A DNA stretch of 6,484 bases from Octopus sinensis (lineage: Eukaryota). Position numbers and translations under genes: made by a program. The notes under the pieces were generated by a model. It worked only from the letters and a program-made list of their open reading frames with translations. It had not been told where the DNA came from and did no database searches. Of the stretch, positions 6,462 through 6,484 are shown piece after piece (the stretch's first letter is position 1; the number at the start of each line of letters is the position of its first letter). Location of the stretch: assembly GCF_006345805.1 (NCBI RefSeq), contig NW_021829362.1:1-6484 (forward strand), read 5' to 3'.

Positions 6462-6484
6462 AATATATATATATATATATATAT
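6462..6484. repeat. (AT)n microsatellite running off the window
   Basis: Directly visible. Confidence 0.95.

Overview
Repeat-saturated, AT-rich eukaryotic genomic DNA. The repeat families look like those of Octopus/cephalopods (recognition only, not verified by a search). No complete protein-coding gene is supported: the long ORFs are translations of microsatellites or SINEs. The window holds tRNA-derived SINEs of three families, all on the minus strand, including a concatemer at 37-761 (one head plus ~181-bp headless units joined at the same point in the anticodon-like loop). It also holds a ~880-bp compound (AAT/GAT)n field, three tandem TTAA/CCC piggyBac-type MITEs, and two 5'-truncated R4/Dong-like LINE 3' ends inside (TAA)n. 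A Penelope-like fragment carries a degenerate minimal hammerhead ribozyme (5996-6031, minus). One unique CpG-rich island (~3360-3690) has promoter-like motifs and a possible short first exon on the minus strand.
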